NCBI GenBank assembly: GCA_027044945.1 | Contig: JALUBK010000040.1 | Span: 886-64,885, forward strand | From: Campylobacterales bacterium | Lineage (GTDB): Bacteria > Campylobacterota > Campylobacteria > Campylobacterales > JALSKU01 | Direction: 5' to 3' | Length of the DNA: 64,000 nt | Shown here: positions 1 to 10,347 of the stretch, one piece after another | How positions within the stretch are numbered: the stretch's first letter is position 1 | Layout: each line of letters opens with the position of its first letter | Notes under the pieces: model-generated | Told to the model about the DNA's origin: nothing | Databases searched by the model: none | Seen by the model: only the letters and a program-made list of their open reading frames with translations | Program-made: the position numbers and the translations under genes

Positions 1-99
1 ACCAGATGCATTGGTAGCAACTTTTAAAACTTTAACTCCATTTTCACCGGCAAATGCAACACCAGCGAGAGCCAATAAAAGTAAAAATACTTTTTTCAT
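1..99 (-). CDS. 5' end (33 codons) of a secreted/periplasmic protein, possibly a solute-binding protein; the gene runs off the window start
   Basis: The reverse strand reads AAGGAG-N6-ATG (ATG at 99), then MKKVFLLLLALAGVAFAGENGVKVLKVATNASG. This is a Sec signal peptide with an AFA cleavage motif. It is absent from the ORF track because the window edge truncates it. Confidence 0.55.
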   Translation of the reverse strand, partial: MKKVFLLLLALAGVAFAGENGVKVLKVATNASG

Positions 100-197
100 A
101 AAAAACTCCTTGATTTTTGTAAAGTCTGTTCGGCTTGCGTATCCCTACTTATCACTTTACTTCCGTGGATTTTATCAAAATATATGTTAAAAAAAAC

Positions 198-2408
198 TTA
201 TTTGCTGTTATCTTTCAATCCTAATTCAACTTTATACCCTTTTTGAGATAAAACTACAACATCAATCATATCACCTTCTTGCAAAATATCTTGCATTTTT
301 GCATTTTTATCTTTAGCAATTTTAGAAATATGTAAAAGACCATCAACTCCATCTCTTAATTCGACAAAAGCACCAAATTCAACTACCTTTTTAACTTTAC
401 CATGAAACTCTTCACCTTTTTTAAATTCTACATTTTTTCTTTCTCTTCTGTTGTCTCTGCTTTTACTTACTATATTTTTAATATGGTCACAAGCCGCTTT
501 TACTTTTGCTTTATCTATTCCTCCAACTTTTACTTCACCTTTTTCTCTATCTAAATCAATAGAAACATTAAATTTTTCTATAATTTCTCTAATAGTAGCT
601 CCAGCTTTTCCTATAATATCAACAATTTTAGAAGGATGAACACCAAAAATTTCTGAACTAGGTATCAATTTTTCATTAACTACAATTTTTTTATCTGCTT
701 CTTCCATGAGAGTTAATATATGATTTCTCCCCTCTTCTGCTTGAATTAAAGCTTCTTTTAAAATATGTGAATCAATTCCGCCCAATTTTATATCCATTTG
801 AAGTGCTGTAATACCATCTCTTGTTCCTGTAACTTTAAAATCCATATCTCCATCATGATCTTCAAGACCCATAATATCAGTTAAAATTGCATATTCATCT
901 TCTTCAAATACCAATCCCATAGCAATTCCGGCAACAAGTTTTTTTGTTGGAATACCAGCTGCTCTAAGAGCTAACGAACCACCACAAACTGTAGCCATAG
1001 AAGATGAACCATTTGATTCAAGAATTTCAGAAACAACTCTTATAACTTGAGGATAATTTATATCATTTAAAGGAGCTAAAGCTCTTTTGGCAAGATTTCC
1101 ATGTCCTAATTCTCTTCTTCCAGGGGCCCTAACCATAGAAGCTTCTCCGACAGAAAATCCTGGAAAATTATAATTAACCATAAATCTATCATATTTTGTG
1201 CCATCAGCTGTTAATAAGTCATACATTTGAGCATCTTTGTCATTTCCAACAGTAACACTAACGAGTGCTTGAGTTTGACCTCTAGTAAAAAGACAACTTC
1301 CATGAACTTTTGGCAATATATTTGTTTCTATACTAATAGGTCTTACTTCATGTAAAGCTCTTCCATCAGCTCTTTTTCTATCTTTGACTATCATTTTTCT
1401 TACAATTTTTCTCTTAAACAAAGAAAGTGTTTTTGAAACTACCTCTTCGCTCCACTCTTCTTTTATAGCAATATCATCACTCATAATTTTTTTTACTATT
1501 TTTGATAATTCACCAGCTCTTTCTGATTTGGCCATATTGCTTAATGCATCTTGAACATCGTTTTTATAAAATTCGGCTATATAAGCATAAATTGAGTCAT
1601 TAATATTATCTTCTTTCAATTCAAGATCAGCATCTTCTTTTTTCATCTCTTTAAAAATCTGTTCATATCCTTTTGTGCCTTCTTGTATAGCTCTTGAAGC
1701 AATTTCAATAACTTCCATTGTTTCATCATTGCTAAGTTCATTTGATAATTGTTCAGTAACTACTTCTTCTCCAAGAGTTGGATCTACCATAGGATCAATA
1801 GCAGCAATAGGTGCAATATTTGCTTTTATTGTTGGTATTGCTCTCATTTCTATCATAAGAAGTTCATCTTCTGAACCACTGACAAACAAATCCAAAGAAC
1901 TGTTTTCCATTGTTGAAGTGCTAGGATTGACCACTATATTTCCATCTACTTTGCCTATTCTTACCCCATAAACCAATTTATTAACAGGTATATCAGATAA
2001 ATACAAAGCAACCGAAGCAGCATTTAAAGCCATAGTTTGAAGATCAACTTCTCCGTCACTGCTTACAACCATTATAGTAATTTGTGTAGGATAACTATAT
2101 CCTTTTGGAAAAAGTGGTCTTAAACTTCTATCAACAACTCTTGAAGTTAAAGTTTCAAAATCACCTGGTTTTGTTTCCCTTTTTATATATCCTCCAGGAA
2201 TTTTTCCTATAGCATAAGCTTTTTCTATATATTGAACAGTTAATGGTGTAAAATCACCTTCAACTGGATTTTCATCTCTGGCGACAGCGGCTATCATAAC
2301 AGTTCCACCTATTTTCATCATTACTGATCCGCTTGCCTGTTTTGCTACATAACCTATTTCAAATTCTTCTTTTTTATTATTTACTTCAACCTCTACATGA
2401 CATTTCAT
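198..2408 (-). CDS. pnp: polynucleotide phosphorylase (polyribonucleotide nucleotidyltransferase)
   Basis: 736-aa ORF with duplicated RNase PH-like cores, a KH region and a C-terminal S1 domain ([15 protein letters not shown]). AAGGAG lies upstream of the ATG. Confidence 0.97.
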   Translation of the reverse strand: MKCHVEVEVNNKKEEFEIGYVAKQASGSVMMKIGGTVMIAAVARDENPVEGDFTPLTVQYIEKAYAIGKIPGGYIKRETKPGDFETLTSRVVDRSLRPLFPKGYSYPTQITIMVVSSDGEVDLQTMALNAASVALYLSDIPVNKLVYGVRIGKVDGNIVVNPSTSTMENSSLDLFVSGSEDELLMIEMRAIPTIKANIAPIAAIDPMVDPTLGEEVVTEQLSNELSNDETMEVIEIASRAIQEGTKGYEQIFKEMKKEDADLELKEDNINDSIYAYIAEFYKNDVQDALSNMAKSERAGELSKIVKKIMSDDIAIKEEWSEEVVSKTLSLFKRKIVRKMIVKDRKRADGRALHEVRPISIETNILPKVHGSCLFTRGQTQALVSVTVGNDKDAQMYDLLTADGTKYDRFMVNYNFPGFSVGEASMVRAPGRRELGHGNLAKRALAPLNDINYPQVIRVVSEILESNGSSSMATVCGGSLALRAAGIPTKKLVAGIAMGLVFEEDEYAILTDIMGLEDHDGDMDFKVTGTRDGITALQMDIKLGGIDSHILKEALIQAEEGRNHILTLMEEADKKIVVNEKLIPSSEIFGVHPSKIVDIIGKAGATIREIIEKFNVSIDLDREKGEVKVGGIDKAKVKAACDHIKNIVSKSRDNRRERKNVEFKKGEEFHGKVKKVVEFGAFVELRDGVDGLLHISKIAKDKNAKMQDILQEGDMIDVVVLSQKGYKVELGLKDNSK

Positions 2409-2450
2409 GTTTTCTCCTTTTTTTATTTTTTAATCACATTTTCTAACAAT

Positions 2451-2720
2451 TCAAAATCGAAATCTATCTGTATGAAAATCTTCTGGAAATTGTTTATGTA
2501 TCTCCTCATCACTAAAAGTAAATCGAAAATTTTCAATATATTTTTTCAGAATTTCATAAGAATTGTTTATTTCAACTATTTTTGAATTGTCACCGCAAAC
2601 ATCAGGATGATATTTTTTTGATAAGCTTAAATATCTTTTTTTAATTTCTTTAAAAGAAATAAAAGATGGCAACCCTAAGATATTCAAAGCATCTTTTATC
2701 TCTTTTACTTTGTTTTTCAC
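2451..2720 (-). CDS. small J-domain (DnaJ-like) protein
   Basis: 89-aa ORF with the J-domain signature KKRYLSLSKKYHPD. Its GTG start overlaps the lptD TAG stop by 1 nt. Confidence 0.7.
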   Translation of the reverse strand: MKNKVKEIKDALNILGLPSFISFKEIKKRYLSLSKKYHPDVCGDNSKIVEINNSYEILKKYIENFRFTFSDEEIHKQFPEDFHTDRFRF

Positions 2721-4777
2721 TATTGTTGTTCTCCTCTTTCTCTTTCAAATTTATATTTTATTTCACCTAAAGGAGTAAAATTAACACTAAAATAAATCCC
2801 TTGTCTTCTTATTGAATTTGAACCACTACTTGTTAATATAGGAGTAATATCTTCTTTGTAACTTATTTGATAATTCCAGCATTTTTTTCTCATATTAATA
2901 CCCATTTCCCAATTTTGGATATATTTACCTCGTATATCATAATCAATATTGCCAAAAAAATTATACTTACTAAAATAATTTGTAGAAGCTTGAAATGTTA
3001 CTAAATTTGAATCCCCTACATCTTCTCCATGCTTATATGTATGGAGTATTGAAAAATTATATTGATTTGCATTGTATGTTATTCCTGTTTGAAATTCTGA
3101 AATTTGGGAATTTTTATGCGAATATGTTAAATTATTGATTAAATTTATTTGATCAGAAAAATTATATATTAACTCATTTAACAAATCTCCATATTTATAA
3201 CCAAACTCATTAAATAAATAAGACTGAGAAAGTCTATGTGTTAAAAAAAGTTTTCCATCATTATGATAAAAAAATTCTTCAAGTTGAAAATTTATACTTT
3301 TTTTCTCTTTATTTAAAGTAACAAAATCAGCAAAATAACCTTTTTTATTATTAAAACTAGGAACAATATAATCAAGACTCATATTTATAGTATGAAAAAA
3401 ACTATTGTATTTCTTAGTCAAATTTGTGCTAATTGAAAACTTATGATAGTTGCTTATAAAAGAACCATTTTTAACATTTGTTTGATTGTTAGAATAACTT
3501 AAATAAGTTGCATATAAATTTTCCGAAACAGAAAAGTCCAAATAATCATTAAAAAGTGGAAAAGTCCAAATAATTGGAATTAAAAATTCATTTTGTTTTG
3601 CATTTATCTTTGTTTTTCTGTAATAATTATTAAATTTATAATCTATTGAATATAATAAATTATTAAAAATAATCGGTTTTGTAAATCTATGATATTGAAA
3701 TCTAGGCAATGTTTGCAATGTGTCATCATTAGAAATCTTACTTGTATCTTTAAAATATTTAAAATATATTCCAGCATAATCCCAATTTCTTCTCAAAAAA
3801 TAATTAGCATTCGAAGTTATTAAACTAGAAGAAATTTGACTATTATCTTGTTTGAGATTTAAATAATCAACATCATTTAATGATTTATAATTTATCCAAA
3901 GTCCATCTTGTGCATCATTTCCAAAATAATTACTAAATAATTTACTTCTATTATAATTTATTTCATATCCATAATGAGATTTATTTTTTAAATTATATTT
4001 TTTAACATAAGCATTTTTTTCTCTAAAAATACCAGAAGTAATACTTCCTTTAGAATATAAAGAATCTGCAAACCTAAGTGTTGCATAAACACCATATCCT
4101 CTTTTAGATCTTATTTGAGGGTCAAGCTCAAAATCCCAACTTTTAAAAGGTGCAAAATAGATCGGTTGCTTATAATAAATACCCTCATTTTTACTATAAC
4201 CAAAAGATGGTCTAAGCAAACCACTTCTTCTTGTTTTATCGGTTGAAAATCTAAAATACGGTGTATAAAAAATAGGAATATTATGGATATAAAAAAGTGA
4301 ATTATATAAAGTAACATATTTTGTATTTTTACTATAATCGCCACTACTATATGTTATTTTCCAATCAGGATTGTAAACATTACAACTAGAAACTACTGCA
4401 TTTTTTGTATAATATACATCATTGTCTGCTTTTGCATATTTACTTCTTATCCATACATTTGATTCTGCATCATCGAGAAAAAAAGGGTTAAAAAAAGATG
4501 TATCATTTTCAAGATTAATTTCAGCAAATTTACTTTTAGAAAAAAGATTAGAATCTCTAATAATATTTATATTTCCATAAAGTTTTACATCTTTTGTTTT
4601 TCGATTATATTCTGCCTTGTCTGCGGTTATAACATAAGTATCAGAATATATAACAACATCACCTTTTGCATATAAAATATTATTTTTACCATTAACACTT
4701 TTTGCTAAAATCTTAATATTGTCTCCATATAAAAAAACAGTGCCAAGATATAATATTAAAAATATTATTTTATACAT
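2720..4777 (-). CDS. lptD: LPS-assembly outer-membrane protein LptD (OstA family)
   Basis: 685 aa with an N-terminal signal-like segment, an OstA-type N-domain (AKGDVVIYSDTYVITADKAEYNRKTKDVKLYGNINI) and a long aromatic-rich beta-barrel region. The pnp-lptD-RDD-purD order matches Helicobacter. Confidence 0.85.
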   Translation of the reverse strand: MYKIIFLILYLGTVFLYGDNIKILAKSVNGKNNILYAKGDVVIYSDTYVITADKAEYNRKTKDVKLYGNINIIRDSNLFSKSKFAEINLENDTSFFNPFFLDDAESNVWIRSKYAKADNDVYYTKNAVVSSCNVYNPDWKITYSSGDYSKNTKYVTLYNSLFYIHNIPIFYTPYFRFSTDKTRRSGLLRPSFGYSKNEGIYYKQPIYFAPFKSWDFELDPQIRSKRGYGVYATLRFADSLYSKGSITSGIFREKNAYVKKYNLKNKSHYGYEINYNRSKLFSNYFGNDAQDGLWINYKSLNDVDYLNLKQDNSQISSSLITSNANYFLRRNWDYAGIYFKYFKDTSKISNDDTLQTLPRFQYHRFTKPIIFNNLLYSIDYKFNNYYRKTKINAKQNEFLIPIIWTFPLFNDYLDFSVSENLYATYLSYSNNQTNVKNGSFISNYHKFSISTNLTKKYNSFFHTINMSLDYIVPSFNNKKGYFADFVTLNKEKKSINFQLEEFFYHNDGKLFLTHRLSQSYLFNEFGYKYGDLLNELIYNFSDQINLINNLTYSHKNSQISEFQTGITYNANQYNFSILHTYKHGEDVGDSNLVTFQASTNYFSKYNFFGNIDYDIRGKYIQNWEMGINMRKKCWNYQISYKEDITPILTSSGSNSIRRQGIYFSVNFTPLGEIKYKFERERGEQQ

Positions 4778-5219
4778 TTACAACCACAGTTTTAGCTATT
4801 TTATCATGCCAAGCTTGATTTGCACTGTCAAATACCGCCCATAAAAAACCTAAATAAAATATCATTTCACTAAAAATTCTAATTACAGCCCTTAAAAAAG
4901 AGTAAGTCAAATTCGGTTTTTCAAAATCTCCTACAAAAACTATTTTAATTTTTAACAACATTTTCCCAGGAGTTGCTCCATACATCCATACAAAAAAAGT
5001 TTGATAAATAATTTTTAAAAGAATTACTTGCACAAAAAGCATATCCACAAGTTCAATAATAACATTTATCGAAGTTGCATTTAAAAAACTATTTGCATAT
5101 ATAATATAAAAAAGTATTGAAACAATAAATTCATCTATAAAAAAAGCAAAACCTCTCTTGCTTATTGTGGCTAAAGTAATTTTCTCTCTATTTAATCTTC
5201 TTTGAATCTCTTCGTTCAA
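4770..5219 (-). CDS. RDD-family membrane protein
   Basis: 149 aa. N-terminal R...D segment ([15 protein letters not shown]), three hydrophobic spans and a C-terminal [11 protein letters not shown] motif typical of the RDD family. Confidence 0.7.
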   Translation of the reverse strand: MNEEIQRRLNREKITLATISKRGFAFFIDEFIVSILFYIIYANSFLNATSINVIIELVDMLFVQVILLKIIYQTFFVWMYGATPGKMLLKIKIVFVGDFEKPNLTYSFLRAVIRIFSEMIFYLGFLWAVFDSANQAWHDKIAKTVVVNV

Positions 5220-6493
5220 GCTAAAGCCTTTAAGGCTTGATATGCAATATCTTTTCTAAATTGTTTTCCTGCAAAATGAACTTGACCGCATAAACCATAA
5301 GCTAACTCTCTAGCATTTTTTATATTGTTACCTATACCAACACAAAGAAGAACTCTACCACCTGTAGCAAAAAGTTTTTCATCTATTTTTGATACACCTG
5401 CATAAGATATATGAGTATTATTTTTTATATTTTCATCAATAATTGTATCAATAATAATTTCAGAAGGCTTAGAACTTTTATAAGGATAATTCTCACTCGC
5501 CATCACAACTGCTACGGCATATTTATCATAAAATTCTATATTTAATTCATTAAGTTTATTTGTGGCAGCTTTATAAAAAAGTTCACTAGCGGGAGTTTTT
5601 AAAAGTGGCATTAAAACTTCACATTCAGGATCTCCAAATCTAACATTATATTCTAAAACCATAGGCTCATTATCAACAACCATGATACCCATAAATAAAA
5701 CACCTTGATAAGCAGACCCCATCTCTTTCATACCTTTTAAAGTTGGTTCAACAATTCTTTGTTCTATTTTTTTATATAATTCTTGATTTATCAAAGGTGT
5801 TGGAGCATATGCACCCATTCCTCCAGTATTTGGACCTTTATCTCCATCAAGCAATCTTTTATGGTCTTGAGCAGCAGGTAAAATTTTATAATTTTCCCCA
5901 TCACAAATAGCAAAAACAGAAAGCTCATATCCGTTTAAAAATTCTTCAATTATTATTTTTTTTCCTGCATCTCCAAAACTTTCACCATTTAACATATGCA
6001 AAGATGCTTCTTTTGCTTCTTTTTTTGTAGATGCTATAATCACACCTTTTCCAGCACAAAGCCCATCAGCTTTTACCACAATGGGGGTATTTAATTTATC
6101 TATAAAATCATTTGCTTTGCAAGTTTCAGAGGTTTCAATATATTTTGCTGTAGGAATATTGTATTTTTTTAAGAAATTTTTCATAAAAACTTTAGAACCT
6201 TCCAATCTTGCAGCATTTTTTGATGGACCAAAAATGGCTAATCCTATTTTTTGAAAAATATCTACAATGCCTTCGCTCAAAGGCACTTCAGGACCAACAA
6301 TAGTCAAATCAATATTATTATTTTGAACAAAATCAGCCATTTCTTCATATTTTTTTATATTTATATTTATACCAATTTCATCACTTTTGCCATTTCCGGG
6401 ATTAAAATATATTTTTTTTACATTTTTATCTTTTCTAAGAGCTAAACCTATGGAGTATTCTCGTCCTCCGCTTCCAATAACTAATATATTCAT
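5216..6493 (-). CDS. purD: phosphoribosylamine-glycine ligase
   Basis: 425 aa. [20 protein letters not shown]-terminus, ATP-grasp core, and GGMGAY and NVRFGDPE motifs. Confidence 0.97.
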   Translation of the reverse strand: MNILVIGSGGREYSIGLALRKDKNVKKIYFNPGNGKSDEIGININIKKYEEMADFVQNNNIDLTIVGPEVPLSEGIVDIFQKIGLAIFGPSKNAARLEGSKVFMKNFLKKYNIPTAKYIETSETCKANDFIDKLNTPIVVKADGLCAGKGVIIASTKKEAKEASLHMLNGESFGDAGKKIIIEEFLNGYELSVFAICDGENYKILPAAQDHKRLLDGDKGPNTGGMGAYAPTPLINQELYKKIEQRIVEPTLKGMKEMGSAYQGVLFMGIMVVDNEPMVLEYNVRFGDPECEVLMPLLKTPASELFYKAATNKLNELNIEFYDKYAVAVVMASENYPYKSSKPSEIIIDTIIDENIKNNTHISYAGVSKIDEKLFATGGRVLLCVGIGNNIKNARELAYGLCGQVHFAGKQFRKDIAYQALKALA

Positions 6494-6507
6494 TAATATT
6501 CCTCGAA

Positions 6508-6730
6508 AATAAACTAAAGTAGTAATCCCCAGACAACCGGTCTGCTATAAAATGGCCCTAATAAGCCAAAAAACTTGGAAATGATTTTATCTTTAGGCTA
6601 CAGCTTCTCGCTTTAATAAAAAAGCTCAAACGAAGTCATAGACACACCGACACTATACAATCTCCAAACACTGAAATCTGTTGGACCCTCAATAACTAAC
6701 AGGTATCGAATTGCCCAGGTAATTACTAAC
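6508..6730 (-). ncRNA. ssrS: candidate 6S RNA (SsrS-like structured RNA upstream of purD)
   Basis: This is a GC-enriched island in a 278-nt non-coding gap. On the minus strand, AGUAAU-U[A]CCUGGGCAA (5' end near 6727) pairs with UUGUCUGGGG-AUUACU (3' end near 6521), giving about 16 bp including 4 G.U pairs. Those 4 pairs would be A.C mismatches on the plus strand. Further in there are a 5-bp GGUCC/GGGCC helix, an asymmetric internal bubble of about 15x16 nt, an 8-bp UUGGAGAU/AUUUCCAA helix and terminal hairpins. A U-rich tract follows the closing stem, and an upstream TAAAAT box is at 6734-6739. As I recall, the 6S RNA of Helicobacter and Campylobacter lies next to purD. Confidence 0.55.
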
Positions 6731-6733
6731 TGT

Positions 6734-6739
6734 ATTTTA
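6734..6739 (-). promoter_or_regulatory. putative -10 box (TAAAAT) for the 6S-like RNA
   Basis: The minus strand reads ggTAAAATacagttaG, which places a start about 7 nt downstream at the first base of the closing helix. The region upstream is A/T-rich. Confidence 0.35.
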
Positions 6740-6771
6740 CCTTTTTTTGGCTTAAAATTGCAATAAGATAA

Positions 6772-7425
6772 TTATTTATTGGCTAATTTTATACAAGCAG
6801 AAATAGTTTGAACAGGAGAAATTACAAAAGAAATACCTTTAGGCATAAAAGAAGCTGTTTTTTTTCCTATCACTATAGCCTTATAACTATCATCCCAAAC
6901 AAATTTTTTAAAAAAACATTTTATTGTTGATGGAGAAGAAAATATAATAGTTGAATTTTCTTCTGGCTTTTGCAATTGAGCATCATTGCACACAGTTTCA
7001 TAAACTATAATTTCTGTAAAATCAATTCCAGCATCTTTTAATATTTTATTTAATTTTGACAAAATCACTTTGGCACGAGGAAAAAGCACTTTTTTATTTA
7101 AAAGCATATTTTTTATTTCTATAGCAAAATCATCTCCATAAAAACTTTTTGCAGTATAAGCAACATCGGCATTTTTTTCTCTAATAGCTTTCGTTGTTCC
7201 ACTTCCAATAGAATATATCTTTTTATTTTTCCATGATTTATCAACTCTATCCATTGCTTCTACTGCATTTTTAGAAGTAAAAATCAAAACATCAAAAGAT
7301 GATAAATCAATCTTAAAATCTAAAAAATTTATCTTAATAATAGGAAGATTTTCTGCTCCAATAAATTTTTTTTCGCTTAATGTATAAATAAGTGCTTTAT
7401 CTTGCATAAAAAGCTTTATTCCCAC
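6772..7425 (-). CDS. hemD: uroporphyrinogen-III synthase
   Basis: 217 aa with an HemD-like pattern ([13 protein letters not shown] ... [12 protein letters not shown] ... [10 protein letters not shown]). The start is uncertain: GTG at 7425 or ATG at 7407. Confidence 0.75.
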   Translation of the reverse strand: MGIKLFMQDKALIYTLSEKKFIGAENLPIIKINFLDFKIDLSSFDVLIFTSKNAVEAMDRVDKSWKNKKIYSIGSGTTKAIREKNADVAYTAKSFYGDDFAIEIKNMLLNKKVLFPRAKVILSKLNKILKDAGIDFTEIIVYETVCNDAQLQKPEENSTIIFSSPSTIKCFFKKFVWDDSYKAIVIGKKTASFMPKGISFVISPVQTISACIKLANK

Positions 7426-8951
7426 TCTATTGTAGCGGGTGGTTTGGAACTTATATCATAAACCACTCTATTTATACCTTCTACCTCGTTTATTATTCTT
7501 GAACTCATTCTTTCTAACAAATCATGTGGCAAATAAGCAAAATTGGCAGTCATCCCATCTACACTTTCAACTATTCTGATACATGCTGTATTGTCATAAG
7601 TTCTATTGTCTCCCATGACTCCCACACTGCGAACATTTAATAAAACTACAAAAGCTTGCCAAGTTTTAGTATAATATCCACTTGCTTTTAATTCTTCTAT
7701 CATAATAACATCTGCTTGTCTTAATATTTTTAAACTTGCCTCTTTTATCTCTCCCATAATTCTTATAGCAAGTCCTGGTCCAGGAAAAGGATGCCTTTGT
7801 ATCATATCTTTTGGGATTCCAAGTTCTAAACCAAGCTTACGAACTTCATCTTTAAAAAGTTCTCTTAAAGGCTCTATGAGTTTAAACTTCATGTGTTCAG
7901 GAAGTCCTCCTACATTATGATGAGATTTAATTGTTTTACTCGGTCCTTTAACAGAAACTGACTCTATAACATCAGGATAAAGTGTGCCTTGAGCAAGATA
8001 TTTAATATTATCATATTTTTTTGCTTCTTTTTCAAAAAGTTCTATAAAAGTATGCCCTATTATTTTTCTTTTTTCTTCAGGATCGCTAATGCCTTTCAAT
8101 CTTGTTAAATATATTTCAGTTGCATCTATAACTATAAGAGATATTTTAAGTTTTGATTTAAACATATTTTCCACAGCTTCTCTCTCATTTGCTCTTAACA
8201 ATCCAGTATCTATAAAAACAGCAACCAATTTATCACCTATTGCTTCATTTAATAAAGCTGCTACAACAGAACTATCTACACCACCACTTACCGCACATAA
8301 AACTTTACCCTCTTTCACTTCATCTTGAATATTTTTTATTTGTTCTTTTGCGAAACTCCCCATATTCCAAGTGCTTTCACAACCACAAATATGTTTTGCA
8401 AAATTTTTCAAAAGTTTACTGCCGTATTTGCTATGATGAACTTCGGGATGAAATTGAAAAGCATATATTTTTTTTTCATCATTTGCTATAACAGCATAAG
8501 GAGAATTGTCACTATATCCTATTTTTTTAAATCCTTCAGGAAGTTCTTCTACTCTATCTCCATGACTCATCCAAACTATTTGTTCTTTTGGTGTTTCATT
8601 AAATATAAAATCATCTTCACATTTTAATAAGGCTGATCCATATTCATGAGAATTAGCTGGAATAACTTTGCCACCAAAATATTGAACAATAAGTTGCATA
8701 CCATAACAAATTCCAAGTATTGGAATGTTTAATTTAAAAATTTCACTATCGGGATGATAAGAATCATCGCTATAAACAGAAGCTGGACCACCAGAAAGTA
8801 TCAAGCCTTTTGGTTTTCTTTTTTTAATATCATCTATTTTTTCATTATATGGCACAATTTCACAATATACTCCATTTTCTCTTAATTTTCTAGCTATTAA
8901 TTGTGTGTATTGCGAACCAAAATCTAAAACAACGATAGGTGCATTTTTCAT
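7416..8951 (-). CDS. guaA: GMP synthase (glutamine-hydrolysing)
   Basis: 511 aa. GATase domain (GICYGMQL), ATP-PPase loop (SGGVDSSV) and the conserved C-terminal PPATIEWE. Confidence 0.98.
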   Translation of the reverse strand: MKNAPIVVLDFGSQYTQLIARKLRENGVYCEIVPYNEKIDDIKKRKPKGLILSGGPASVYSDDSYHPDSEIFKLNIPILGICYGMQLIVQYFGGKVIPANSHEYGSALLKCEDDFIFNETPKEQIVWMSHGDRVEELPEGFKKIGYSDNSPYAVIANDEKKIYAFQFHPEVHHSKYGSKLLKNFAKHICGCESTWNMGSFAKEQIKNIQDEVKEGKVLCAVSGGVDSSVVAALLNEAIGDKLVAVFIDTGLLRANEREAVENMFKSKLKISLIVIDATEIYLTRLKGISDPEEKRKIIGHTFIELFEKEAKKYDNIKYLAQGTLYPDVIESVSVKGPSKTIKSHHNVGGLPEHMKFKLIEPLRELFKDEVRKLGLELGIPKDMIQRHPFPGPGLAIRIMGEIKEASLKILRQADVIMIEELKASGYYTKTWQAFVVLLNVRSVGVMGDNRTYDNTACIRIVESVDGMTANFAYLPHDLLERMSSRIINEVEGINRVVYDISSKPPATIEWE

Positions 8952-8975
8952 TTTTTTCCTTTTTTAAAATTAATC

Positions 8976-10346
8976 TTAATAAATTCCCATTATTTCAAAT
9001 TGGACATACCATATAGCAATAGATATAGCATATCCTATTAAAATAGTCCAAGCATATTTAATATGAGAATTAAATGTATATGTGCCTCTCATTTTACCCA
9101 TTACTCCAACTCCAGCAGCACTTCCAAAACTTATAAGGCTTCCCCCTATTCCTGCTGTCATAGTCACTAACATCCATTGTGCATCGCTCATATTTGGATT
9201 TGCTTTTAAAATTGCACTCATAACCGGAACATTATCTATAACAGAAGACAAGAAGCCAACTCCTATGTTACCAATTGTATCACCTACAATTTTATAAACA
9301 TCATCAACATATTTCAAATATCCTAAAAAATGTAAAGCACCAACGGCTGACAAAATACCAATAAAAAAGAGTAAAGTATCATGTTCAACTTTTTCCATAT
9401 TCAGAAAAACATTAAAAGAATTAGTGCATCTTCTTTTTAAGCTATATGAATAGCTTTTTAAAAGAGATAAACCAAACATCATACCCCACATAGCAGGAAA
9501 ATCAAAAAATTGATGACTTAAAACTGCACAAATTATTGTAAAAATTCCGAGATAAATAACTACTTTTGCACCCGGTTTTAATTCCGCTTTTTCTGTTGTA
9601 TGAATATCAAAATGAGGCTGACCTTTTGGAACAATACGACTAAGCAAATAAGCAGTTACCAGCCAACCGATACTGGCTGCTGGAAAAAGAGCCACAAAAT
9701 CTGCAACAGTTCCCTTTCCTGCTGCCCAAGCCATAAGAGTTGTTATGTCTCCAAAAGGACTCCAAGCCCCACCTGCATTTGCTGCAACAACTATGCTTAT
9801 AGCTCCTGGAACTAAAAATTCTTTATGCTCTTTATCAATCGTTACTAAAACAGTGGATAAAATAAGTGCTGTTGTAAGATTGTCAGCAAAAGGAGAAATA
9901 AAAAAAGCCAAAAGACCAGTTATCCAATATATTTTTTTATATGTATAACCTCTTGAAATTAATTTATATTTTAAAACTTCAAATACATTTCTTTCTATCA
10001 TTGTTTCTATATAAGTCATTGCTACAAACAAAAAGAAAAATATTTCTGAAATTTCAAGTATAAGTTTTCCAAGTTCTTCATGTAGATACAATTTACTCAT
10101 ATGATTAATAGCATAATAAAATCCTATAAGCATAAACATAAAAGTACCTATGAAAAGTGCTGGTTTTGCTTTATTCATATGATATGTTTCTTCTGTGGCT
10201 ATAAAATAATATCCCACAAGAAATATCAACAAACAAAGAATACCCACCCAACTATTTGTCAAATCAACCGATCCATTTGAAGCAACCTCCATACCATTTG
10301 CAAATAATAAATTAAACACACTTGCCAATATCAATAAAATTTTCAT
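8976..10346 (-). CDS. NhaD/ArsB-superfamily ion transporter (putative Na+/H+ antiporter)
   Basis: 456 aa, polytopic (about 11-12 TM segments). NhaD-like N-terminal region with HMNKAKPALF. Confidence 0.55.
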   Translation of the reverse strand: MKILLILASVFNLLFANGMEVASNGSVDLTNSWVGILCLLIFLVGYYFIATEETYHMNKAKPALFIGTFMFMLIGFYYAINHMSKLYLHEELGKLILEISEIFFFLFVAMTYIETMIERNVFEVLKYKLISRGYTYKKIYWITGLLAFFISPFADNLTTALILSTVLVTIDKEHKEFLVPGAISIVVAANAGGAWSPFGDITTLMAWAAGKGTVADFVALFPAASIGWLVTAYLLSRIVPKGQPHFDIHTTEKAELKPGAKVVIYLGIFTIICAVLSHQFFDFPAMWGMMFGLSLLKSYSYSLKRRCTNSFNVFLNMEKVEHDTLLFFIGILSAVGALHFLGYLKYVDDVYKIVGDTIGNIGVGFLSSVIDNVPVMSAILKANPNMSDAQWMLVTMTAGIGGSLISFGSAAGVGVMGKMRGTYTFNSHIKYAWTILIGYAISIAIWYVQFEIMGIY

Positions 10347-10347
10347 A

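Noticed and set aside
100-197. Resemblance of the leader to the glutamine riboswitch (ACGGAAGUA string) or to the c-di-GMP-I riboswitch (ACGCAAGCC versus ACGCAAAGC).
   Set aside because: Only short strings match, and those matches rely on my memory of the consensus sequences. The P1 partner (CGUUC...GAACG) of the glnA motif and the GNRA tetraloop/receptor hairpins of GEMM-I are not present. The element is also too short.
6494-6771. Alternative identities for the purD-upstream RNA: RNase P RNA, tmRNA, SRP RNA, or a purine or ZTP riboswitch.
   Set aside because: It is too short for RNase P or tmRNA and lacks the GAGGAAAGUCC/ACAGAA-CGGCUUA cores and a tRNA-like CCA end. There is no SRP GGAA/AGCA domain-IV motif. 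The purine-riboswitch three-way junction sequences are absent. The CCUGGGCA string matches the ZTP 3' element only superficially and sits at the wrong end. A rod with a central bubble fits 6S RNA better.
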